Shown here piece after piece: positions 7,852 through 15,583 of a stretch of 33,708 bases of DNA. The notes under the pieces were generated by a model. It did no database searches. It saw only the letters and a list, made by a program, of their open reading frames with translations, and had not been told where the DNA came from. Source of the DNA: an uncultured Oscillospiraceae bacterium (lineage in GTDB: Bacteria > Bacillota > Clostridia > Oscillospirales > Oscillospiraceae); the NCBI GenBank assembly GCA_964633935.1, contig CAZWKZ010000001.1, positions 1-33,708 on the forward strand, written 5' to 3'. How positions within the stretch are numbered: the stretch's first letter is position 1; each line of letters begins with the position of its first letter. Made by a program: the position numbers and the translations under genes.

Positions 7852-9093
7852 TTATTTCTGAAGCTTAGATTCTCTGACCGGCAAAAGCGGCAGGATGCAG
7901 ACAAGCGAGATCGCCGTCAATACGATCATCATCAGCCGGTAATTGCCGCCGAACAGGCCGGCCCCAGCAATAAACAGCGCGCCGGCGATGTTGCCCACGA
8001 ACATCAGAAGGCCCTCCGACGTGCCCTCTGACGTGGGATAGGTCTCCTCGGCCGCAAACGTCATAAGAAGCGGCGCAGAACCGACGGTAAAGCCGCCGTA
8101 CAGCACGGCCGCAGCCAAAATCATGGGCAGATTTTTTGCAGCGACGAACAGCGCCAGGCCGATCACGCCGATGACGTTTGCCCCGATGGCGTACGGCAGG
8201 CGGCGGCGTTTTGCGTCCTTATCCGAGGCCATGCTGATCACAAGGCTTCCGACGATGCCCGCAACCAGAACCAGCACGCCCGCCACGCCGACCTGCGTGG
8301 CGTCGACCGCGCCGCCGCTGCACGTCTTCAGGATCGGCTCGATCATCGTAAAGAAAATGTTGAATACGCCCATCAGGAAGAAAAATACGACCAGCACCAC
8401 CACGAAGCCGCGCTTTTTCATCGCGCTTTTCATGCCCGCGCCAAAGCTTTCGCGCACGGCAAGCTCCGGCGCGCAGGGCGGCGTGGGCGGCTGCTCTTTT
8501 ACAAAGATCACGAACAATACTGCCGTGACTGCGCCGACTGCGCCATAGATCATCAGCATCGCGCGGATATCGCATCCGCCCTGCAGCAGAAGCGGCGTCA
8601 AAAGCAGTCCGACGCACATGCCCACATAATTGCAGAGCATGCCGACGCTGTTTGCCGTGGCGCGCTCATTTTCGGGGAACCATTTGCCCGCGACCAATCC
8701 CGGCGCGTTGAGGATGAACGGCTGCGCCACGGCAAAGCCGACTGTCGCCGCCACGACCGCAGGGAAGCTCGCGCCCCAAACGCCGCGCGCCAGCGCGCAA
8801 AGCCCCGTCAGCACCACGCCGAAGCCGACGGATTTTTTAAAGCCCGCCTTTTCAAAGCTCGCCATCGTGGGCACCGACAGAACGATCATGCCGACCATAA
8901 AGATCACGGACAGCATGCTGATGGCGTTCTCACCGGCCTGCGCGTCGGCAAAGCCGTAGAACTGCCACGCCTCGGTGGTGATGGAAAAGAAGGTGGTCCA
9001 CATCAGCTGGATCACGACCGTCGCCAGACCGTACAGCGCCAGCACGACCCAGCGGTAACCGTATACGCGATAGGTGATAGAAGTTTCATTCAT
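7852..9093 (-). CDS. MFS transporter (FLVCR/SLC49-like)
   Basis: About 12 TM segments. YRVYGYRWVVL, AQPF.LN, WFPENERATA, EETYPTSEG. AGGAG RBS favours ATG 9093. Confidence 0.88.
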   Translation of the reverse strand: MNETSITYRVYGYRWVVLALYGLATVVIQLMWTTFFSITTEAWQFYGFADAQAGENAISMLSVIFMVGMIVLSVPTMASFEKAGFKKSVGFGVVLTGLCALARGVWGASFPAVVAATVGFAVAQPFILNAPGLVAGKWFPENERATANSVGMLCNYVGMCVGLLLTPLLLQGGCDIRAMLMIYGAVGAVTAVLFVIFVKEQPPTPPCAPELAVRESFGAGMKSAMKKRGFVVVLVVFFFLMGVFNIFFTMIEPILKTCSGGAVDATQVGVAGVLVLVAGIVGSLVISMASDKDAKRRRLPYAIGANVIGVIGLALFVAAKNLPMILAAAVLYGGFTVGSAPLLMTFAAEETYPTSEGTSEGLLMFVGNIAGALFIAGAGLFGGNYRLMMIVLTAISLVCILPLLPVRESKLQK

Positions 9094-9106
9094 AGTACGC
9101 AAGCTC

Positions 9107-10654
9107 CTATTCTGCGGCGCCGTTCAGCGCGGCGTACGCCTTTTTATTGTTGGAATACAGCTGCTTGAAGATCGGGAAAATGCGGTCATATACCGCCTTG
9201 TTTTCCGCATTCGGCTGATATGTGGCATGTACGCAGATGATCTTTTTCACGTCCTTGATATCCTGCAGCAGTCCCAGGCCCACAGCCATCAGCGCGGCCG
9301 CGCCCATCGCGCCAACCAGCCGCGGACTTTCGATCGTCTCCACCGGCCGCCCCAGCACGTCGGCAAGGATCTGGCAGATCACCGGCGAGATGGCGCTGCC
9401 GCCTGTAAAGCGGACGACGGGGCGCGTCTGGAAGGTCGCTTCGCTCGCCTGCAGAAGCCAGCGCATGTGCATGCAGACGCCCTCGATGACGGCCTTGACC
9501 AGATCGCGGCCGCGCGTGTTCAGATCGAGATTGAAGAACATGCCGCGCGCGTTGGCGTCTTCAAACGGGCAGCGGTTGCCGTGCATCCACGGCGAGAAGA
9601 TCACGCCGCTGTTTCCGGCGGGAACGTCTTGTATGTACCGGTCAAGATCGCCGTAGCTCATCTCCGGCAGGTCGAGCCGGTCCTTGACCCACTCCATGCA
9701 CTTGCCGGAGGTATCGACCTCCGCCACGTAGTTATAGACCGTCGGATCCGCGCCCGGCAGCGTGCCGATCAGGCAGCCGATATCGGTATGCAGCTTTCCT
9801 ACCGTCGTCTCCACCCAGCCGGAGGTCCCGGAATAGACGTTGACGTCGCCGACGTCCGTGCATCCCGCGCCGATCTGACACAGGCTCACGTCGGTGCCGC
9901 CAGAAAAAACAGGCGTATCCTCCGCCAGCCCCAGCTCTGCCGCCGATGCCGGAAGCAGCCCGCCCACGCAGTCGGTCGAGGCGCATATTTCCGGCAGATG
10001 CCGCATCTGCACGCCGGTCATCTTGCAAAGCGCTTCGCTCCAGCAGTCATGCTTCACGTCATAGAGGAACGTTGCGCCTGCGGTATCGCGGCTGGCCTTC
10101 ATTATGCCGGTGGCGCGGCAGGCCAGATATTCCTTCGCGTCAAGCCATTTGTACGCCTTCTGGAAGATCTCCGGCTCGTTGTCCCGCACCCAAAGATACT
10201 TCCAGACCGGATCCTTCGACCCGAACGAGCCGGCGCCCGTGATCTGCAGAAACTTGAGGACCTTCCACACATTCAGACCCTCGAGCTTCAGCCCTGTGTT
10301 CATGCAGCGGCTAAACTGGAAATCCGCACGCGTGTCCATCCAGCTGATGCACGGACGCAGCGGCACGCCGCGTTCATCCACCATCAGCACGTTCTGCATC
10401 TGCGAGCAGAAGGAGATCCCCTTGATCTCTTCTTTTGGCACGGCGGTCTTCTGCAGAAGATGGCGCGTGCTTTTTGCCATGGCCGTCCACCAATCGTCCG
10501 GATCCTGTTCGATCGCTCCGCCGCCAAGCATTTGCAGGGGATAGTCCTCGACGGTGCTTGCAAGATACTCGACGCCGCTTTCCGCGCTCACGGCAAACAA
10601 GCACGCCTTCAGCCCGGTCGTTCCGACGTCATAGGCAATCACCTTGATTGACAT
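9107..10654 (-). CDS. FGGY-family carbohydrate kinase (xylulokinase-like)
   Basis: AYDVGTTGLKA, EQDP..WW, SWMDTRA, GGTD, YSGTSGW, PWMHGNRCP, AVIEG, TGGSA, QILADVLG. AAAGGAG RBS. Confidence 0.93.
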   Translation of the reverse strand: MSIKVIAYDVGTTGLKACLFAVSAESGVEYLASTVEDYPLQMLGGGAIEQDPDDWWTAMAKSTRHLLQKTAVPKEEIKGISFCSQMQNVLMVDERGVPLRPCISWMDTRADFQFSRCMNTGLKLEGLNVWKVLKFLQITGAGSFGSKDPVWKYLWVRDNEPEIFQKAYKWLDAKEYLACRATGIMKASRDTAGATFLYDVKHDCWSEALCKMTGVQMRHLPEICASTDCVGGLLPASAAELGLAEDTPVFSGGTDVSLCQIGAGCTDVGDVNVYSGTSGWVETTVGKLHTDIGCLIGTLPGADPTVYNYVAEVDTSGKCMEWVKDRLDLPEMSYGDLDRYIQDVPAGNSGVIFSPWMHGNRCPFEDANARGMFFNLDLNTRGRDLVKAVIEGVCMHMRWLLQASEATFQTRPVVRFTGGSAISPVICQILADVLGRPVETIESPRLVGAMGAAALMAVGLGLLQDIKDVKKIICVHATYQPNAENKAVYDRIFPIFKQLYSNNKKAYAALNGAAE

Positions 10655-10690
10655 ACACAGTCCACTCCTTTCACATGGATTTCTGTAAAA

Positions 10691-10730
10691 TTATTATACT
10701 CCATTCTAATTTTAGAATCAAGTATAATAA
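10691..10730. promoter_or_regulatory. 40-bp palindrome (probable TetR operator) overlapping the operon promoter
   Basis: TTATTATACT-cc-ATTCTAA-tt-TTAGAAT-ca-AGTATAATAA. Contains minus-strand TTGATT (10721-10716)-17 bp-TATAAT (10698-10693). Confidence 0.75.
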
Positions 10731-10794
10731 ATGGCAAGCTGCCGTGCAGCATGTAGAAAATTTCCGTCAAATTTATGCAATTTGACGATAGCGG

Positions 10795-10823
10795 TTGCAA
10801 AATCCTGCCGTTTCCGGTATACT
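10795..10823 (+). promoter_or_regulatory. Putative sigma-A promoter of the TetR gene
   Basis: TTGCAA, 17 bp spacer, TATACT. Confidence 0.55.
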
Positions 10824-10856
10824 GATGGAAAATACGCGAAAGGAAACCGGCAAAGC

Positions 10857-11465
10857 ATGATGAATCAGAGCAGGCGGGAACAGAATAAGCAGCAGTGCCG
10901 CGCGCGCATCCTGAAAGCCTCCCGGCGGCTGTTCAGTGCCAGAGGCTTTGAACAGACCACCATGGAGGACGTCGCCGCGCGCGCCGAGGTCTCCAAAGCG
11001 ACGCTCTATAACTACTTTACCAGCAAGGACAGCCTGTTGATGGGCATTGCCGAAGCCGTGCTGGAAGAAATCCGGCAGCTGGTCGCATCCATGCAGGACG
11101 AGCAGAGCGCGCTGGAGAAAATCCGCCGCGTCATGCAGACCTTTGTCTCTGATTCCATCAACTACATCGCGCTGTGCCGCAAAATCACCTATCTCAACTC
11201 CTGTGAGCAGAGCGAGCTTTACCAGACGCGTCTGGATATGCTCGCGATCCTGCGCGAGCTGGTCTGTCAGGCGCAATCACAGGCAGAGCTGCGCTCAGAC
11301 GTCCCGGCGGACGACATCGTGGACCTATTGATGGGGCTGTATCTGACCACACAGTTTCAGTGGCCGCACATCAGCCAGTACAGCCGGGAAGCATGCATGC
11401 AGAAGCTGGATTATTTTCTTGCGCTCACCCTTGCGGCTGTAAAGCCCGCGGCGCAGCCCGGCTGA
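10857..11465 (+). CDS. TetR/AcrR family transcriptional regulator
   Basis: RRE..K...RARILKASRRLFSARGFEQTTMEDVAARAEVSKATLYNYFTSKDSL HTH. Start at 10857 or 10860 after AAAGGA. Confidence 0.92.
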   Translation: MMNQSRREQNKQQCRARILKASRRLFSARGFEQTTMEDVAARAEVSKATLYNYFTSKDSLLMGIAEAVLEEIRQLVASMQDEQSALEKIRRVMQTFVSDSINYIALCRKITYLNSCEQSELYQTRLDMLAILRELVCQAQSQAELRSDVPADDIVDLLMGLYLTTQFQWPHISQYSREACMQKLDYFLALTLAAVKPAAQPG

Positions 11466-11514
11466 GCTGCGCGCCAAAGTAGCCAGGATTCTTGCGCGTA
11501 TGCCCGCCGGCAAA

Positions 11515-11561
11515 CAAAAACGCACCCCCGTACACCGTGTACGGGGGTGCTTGCTCTTTTT
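11515..11561. terminator. Bidirectional intrinsic terminator
   Basis: 13-bp GC-rich stem GCACCCCCGTACA / TGTACGGGGGTGC, with an A-run on the left and a T-run on the right, between convergent genes. Confidence 0.8.
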
Positions 11562-11598
11562 ATGTGCCTGTCATCCCTGGACCGGGCATCACGCCCCA

Positions 11599-13065
11599 TC
11601 AGCAGGCGCGGTATTCGCACCGGAACTGCGTAAATGTCCCCCAGCCGTCAATTGCGTACAGGCCCAGAACGACGCCGGTGAAGCTGCCGGACACCTCGCT
11701 GGAGAGATACTTGCTCTGCGCGCTGCCCAGGGCGTGCTCGCGTCCGCCCTGCCGGACGAAGAAGCTATACCGCAGCGGCTCCATGCGGATGATCAACTCC
11801 GCCTCGTCCTTTTCCAGCGGCAATCTGACCTGCGTGTGCTTGGCGTCGCCGATATGCAGCTTCAAAACTGCCTCGCCGGGCCGCAGCGCCAGGTCGTAAT
11901 GCTCCCACTGGCTCATATAGACCGTGATCCCGGCTTCCTTGCCGTCTACATGCACCCGGCAGGACAGCGTACCAAAAAAATCCCGCTGCCGCAGTCCCAC
12001 AAAGGTGGCGGAAGCCTCCTCTTCAAGCGTCACGTCCGTACCCCGCAAAACAGCCCGATCCATTTCCAGCGTGTAATTCTCCATGTGCGGGTGGCGCAGA
12101 AAGCACCAGTCCACATCCCAGCGGGTGTTTTGAAAGGTATACAAGGCTTTCTCCCGCTGTACCGCCTGGCCGGGGATCTCATAGCGTTCCTCGGTGCTTC
12201 CGCCGTTCCCGGCCCGAAACCAGCCGTCCCGGTCCAATGTCACCGGCGTCAGAAACACCTCGCGGCCCAGATGGTGATACGCCTGCCACAGATCGATCTG
12301 CCGGAAGCCCAAGCTCAAAATATACCAGCCGCCATCCGGCCCCTGAATCAAATCTCCATGCCCGATACCCTGAATGCGATAGGGCGCCTTGTTGCGGTTG
12401 GTCAGCAGCGGATTTTCCGGGAAGGAGTCGAACGGGCCCCAAAGCGAATCGCCGCGGGCAATGGTGATCATATGCCCATATTCCGTGCCGCCCTCGGCTG
12501 CCATCAGGTAGTACCGTCCGCCGATCCGATATAAGTGCGGGCTTTCCAGAAAGCGGCCGCCGGTTCCCTTCCAGATGCAGCGGCTGGGGCCAAGCTTTCG
12601 CCCAGTGGCCAGGTCGATCTCGCACTGTGCAATGCCGCTGGCTCCGTCATCGTCCCGACCGTTGCTCATGAACCAGGTCCGGCCGTCTTCAAAATACAGC
12701 GACGGGTCGATGCCGCCCTGATCCACAAAAATCGGCTCAGACCATGGGCCGTGAATATCCTCGGTCCAGACATAGAAATTCTCATGGGTGCTGTCATTGG
12801 TCGTGACCACATAGAATCTGCCCGCATGAAAGCGAATGGTGGCAGCGAACACGCCGCCGCTGCTCCGCACGCCGTCGAGCATCACCTGACTTTTCCGGTT
12901 CAGCACGTGGCCGATCTGGGTCCAGTTGACCAGATCCTCGCTTTCAAACAGCGGCACGCCGGGAAAATACTGAAAGCTGCTGCAAACCATATAATATTTC
13001 CCGCCGGCAAAGCAGACGCTTGGGTCTGGATAGAAGCCCTTGAGCACAGGATTGACGTATTGCAT
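11599..13065 (-). CDS. GH43 glycoside hydrolase (alpha-L-arabinofuranosidase/beta-xylosidase) with C-terminal beta-sandwich
   Basis: NPVLKGFYPDPS, SSFQYFPG, DLVNW, GIDPSL, LESPH, AEGGT, GHGDL, FTG. No signal peptide. TGATG overlap with the upstream GH94 gene. Confidence 0.93.
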   Translation of the reverse strand: MQYVNPVLKGFYPDPSVCFAGGKYYMVCSSFQYFPGVPLFESEDLVNWTQIGHVLNRKSQVMLDGVRSSGGVFAATIRFHAGRFYVVTTNDSTHENFYVWTEDIHGPWSEPIFVDQGGIDPSLYFEDGRTWFMSNGRDDDGASGIAQCEIDLATGRKLGPSRCIWKGTGGRFLESPHLYRIGGRYYLMAAEGGTEYGHMITIARGDSLWGPFDSFPENPLLTNRNKAPYRIQGIGHGDLIQGPDGGWYILSLGFRQIDLWQAYHHLGREVFLTPVTLDRDGWFRAGNGGSTEERYEIPGQAVQREKALYTFQNTRWDVDWCFLRHPHMENYTLEMDRAVLRGTDVTLEEEASATFVGLRQRDFFGTLSCRVHVDGKEAGITVYMSQWEHYDLALRPGEAVLKLHIGDAKHTQVRLPLEKDEAELIIRMEPLRYSFFVRQGGREHALGSAQSKYLSSEVSGSFTGVVLGLYAIDGWGTFTQFRCEYRAC

Positions 13066-15485
13066 CAGATGCTCATCTCAACCTGCACCCGGGCCTTGCC
13101 CGGAAACAGCGGTACAATGTTCCCCGCTACGGCGCTGCCGTCCACCGTCATGGTGCGCCTGCCGGTGCGCACAACATGGATCACATACTGCGTACCCCGG
13201 AACCGGCGGCGGACCGTGAATGCATTCCAGTCATCCGGCACACACGGATCGATCTTCAAACCGTCATAGTCCGGCTGTACGCCCAAAATCGCCTGGCTGA
13301 TGGACAGGAAGGTCCACGAGGCGGTACCGGTGAGCCAGCTGTTCTTGGCATGGCCCGGATTGCCGGAGGCCCGGCCGGTGAGCGTCTGGGAATAGACATA
13401 CGGCTCGGTCTCATGGATCTCGCTCTGGTCCTCCAGATAGGCGGGGCAGGTCCGGCGGTAGACGTCAAAGGCCTCGTTGCCGCGGCCCAGGACCGTCTCA
13501 GCGCAGACCACCCAGGGATTGTTGTGGCAGAAGACAGAGCCGTTTTCCTTGAATCCGGGCGGATAAGAGGAAATCTCGCCCAGCTCCAGATGATACTCGG
13601 TATAGCACGGGGCCAGCAGTTCCACGCCGTATTGTCCCAAGAGCCGCCTGCGGGTGGATTCCATCGCCTTCAGCGCCTGGCCGGTCTGCCTGCCCACGCC
13701 GGCCAGCACGCAGAAGCCCTGCGGCTCGATGTAGATCTGTCCCTCCTTGCATTCGTGGCTGCCGACCTTGTTGCCAAAGGCGTCGTAGGCACGCAGGAAC
13801 CACGCTCCGTCCCAGCCGTCCTTGAGAATGGCGGCCTCCATCTGCGCCACATCACGCCGGATCTGGGCGGCCTCCTCCTCCAGCCCCATTCTGGCGCACA
13901 AGTCGGCATACTCGCCGCCATATTTGACAAACATGCCGCCGACAAAAACAGATTCGGCCACGGGCCCTTCGGATAGGCCGAAGGTTTGGAAGCTCTCTCC
14001 CGGCTCCTGCGAGAAGCAGTTCAAATTCAGGCAGTCGTTCCAGTCGGCCCGGCCGATGAGCGGCAGCTTGTGCGGGCCAAGGTGCGAGGTGATGAAGCCC
14101 ACGCTCCTGCGCAGATGCTCCATCAGCGAAACCTCGCTGCCAGGGGTATTGTTGAAGGGCGTGGGGTGATCGAGAATGGCGAAGTCCCCGGTCTCCTTCA
14201 CATAGGCGCAGGCCGCACCCACCAGCCACAGCGGATCGTCGCTGAAGCCCGCGCCGATATCGGCGTTGCCCCGCTTCGTCAGAGGCTGATACTGGTGATA
14301 GGTGGAGCCGTCGGGGAATTGGATGGAGGCGATGTCAATGATGCGCTCACGCGCCCGCTCGGGTACGATATGGACGAAGCCGTACAGATCCTGACAGGAA
14401 TCCCGGAAGCCCATGCCCCGTCCTGTACCAGTCTCATAGTAAGAGGCGGACCGGCTCATATTAAATGTGACCATGCACTGGTACTGGTGCCAGATGTTGA
14501 CCATACGGTTGAGCCTTTCATCGTCCGATTCCAGCTGGTATTTGTCCAACAGCACATCCCAGTAGGCCTTCAGATCCCGCTTGGCCTGATCTACGGCTGA
14601 AAACGAGGCGAATTTGGCCAGGACCCGTTTTGCCGTGTCCTTGCGGATGACGCCCGGCGCAATGAATTTCTGATCTCTCGGATTTTGGCCGTAGCCCAGG
14701 ATAAAGGTGGCCCGTACGGACTCGCCCGGCGCCAAAGTCCGGTCCAGCCTGTGGCAGCCAATGGGATACCAGCCTACGATCTGTGAGCCTGCGGAGCGCT
14801 CTTGCCGCACCAGCTGCGGGTCGGACCAATCGCCCATGTGGCCCAAAAATGTGTTCCGGTCTGTGTCAAAGCCCTGCGTGGGTACGTTGACGCCATAGTA
14901 GGCGTAGTGATCCCGACGCTCGCGGTACTCAGTCTTGTGGTAGATGACGCCCGGCTCCACCTCGGACTCGGCGATGTTCAGATTGCGCTGGTAGTTCTGG
15001 CTGTCGTCTACCGCGTTCCACAAGCACCATTCCATACAGCCATAGACCTGCACGGTCTTGACCTGCGCCGTTTCATTGCTCAGCGTCAGATCGTGCAGCT
15101 CGCAGTTTTCGCCCAAGGGGATCAAGTATGTCATTTTCGCCCGCAGGCCGTCCTTGCTGCTGTCAAAGGTGGTATAGCCCATGCCGTGGCGGCACTCATA
15201 GTGGTCCAGCGCTGTGCGCGTAGGCAGAAAGCCGGGATTCCACGCGGCCTTGCCGGATTCTTTTATGTAGTAGAAGCGCCCTCCCACGTCGCCCGGGACT
15301 GCATTGTAGCGGTAGCGGAGCAGCCGCTGGAGCTTGGCGTCGCGATAGAAGCAATAGCCGCCGCCGGTATTGGAGATCATGCCTAAAAAATCCTCACTGC
15401 CCAAATAGTTGATCCAGGGCAGCGGCGTGGCGGGCGTGGAGATCACATACTCCCGCCGCTGGTCGTCAAAATGTCCGAATTGCAT
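13065..15485 (-). CDS. GH94 cellobiose phosphorylase
   Basis: MQFGHFDD..REYVI.TP.TPLPWINYLG, SRSASYYETGTGRGMGFRDSCQD, DDPLWL, ADWNDCLNL, ENGSVFCHNNPW, SWLTGTA. GAGGTG RBS before ATG 15485. Confidence 0.9.
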   Translation of the reverse strand: MQFGHFDDQRREYVISTPATPLPWINYLGSEDFLGMISNTGGGYCFYRDAKLQRLLRYRYNAVPGDVGGRFYYIKESGKAAWNPGFLPTRTALDHYECRHGMGYTTFDSSKDGLRAKMTYLIPLGENCELHDLTLSNETAQVKTVQVYGCMEWCLWNAVDDSQNYQRNLNIAESEVEPGVIYHKTEYRERRDHYAYYGVNVPTQGFDTDRNTFLGHMGDWSDPQLVRQERSAGSQIVGWYPIGCHRLDRTLAPGESVRATFILGYGQNPRDQKFIAPGVIRKDTAKRVLAKFASFSAVDQAKRDLKAYWDVLLDKYQLESDDERLNRMVNIWHQYQCMVTFNMSRSASYYETGTGRGMGFRDSCQDLYGFVHIVPERARERIIDIASIQFPDGSTYHQYQPLTKRGNADIGAGFSDDPLWLVGAACAYVKETGDFAILDHPTPFNNTPGSEVSLMEHLRRSVGFITSHLGPHKLPLIGRADWNDCLNLNCFSQEPGESFQTFGLSEGPVAESVFVGGMFVKYGGEYADLCARMGLEEEAAQIRRDVAQMEAAILKDGWDGAWFLRAYDAFGNKVGSHECKEGQIYIEPQGFCVLAGVGRQTGQALKAMESTRRRLLGQYGVELLAPCYTEYHLELGEISSYPPGFKENGSVFCHNNPWVVCAETVLGRGNEAFDVYRRTCPAYLEDQSEIHETEPYVYSQTLTGRASGNPGHAKNSWLTGTASWTFLSISQAILGVQPDYDGLKIDPCVPDDWNAFTVRRRFRGTQYVIHVVRTGRRTMTVDGSAVAGNIVPLFPGKARVQVEMSI

Positions 15486-15583
15486 TGTCAGCACCTCATT
15501 TTATCAATTGGTTTGGGATGGATCGCATGGGATCGTATGCCGTTTTTTCTTTGCGCCGCCATATGATAGATACCTCCTGCGGC

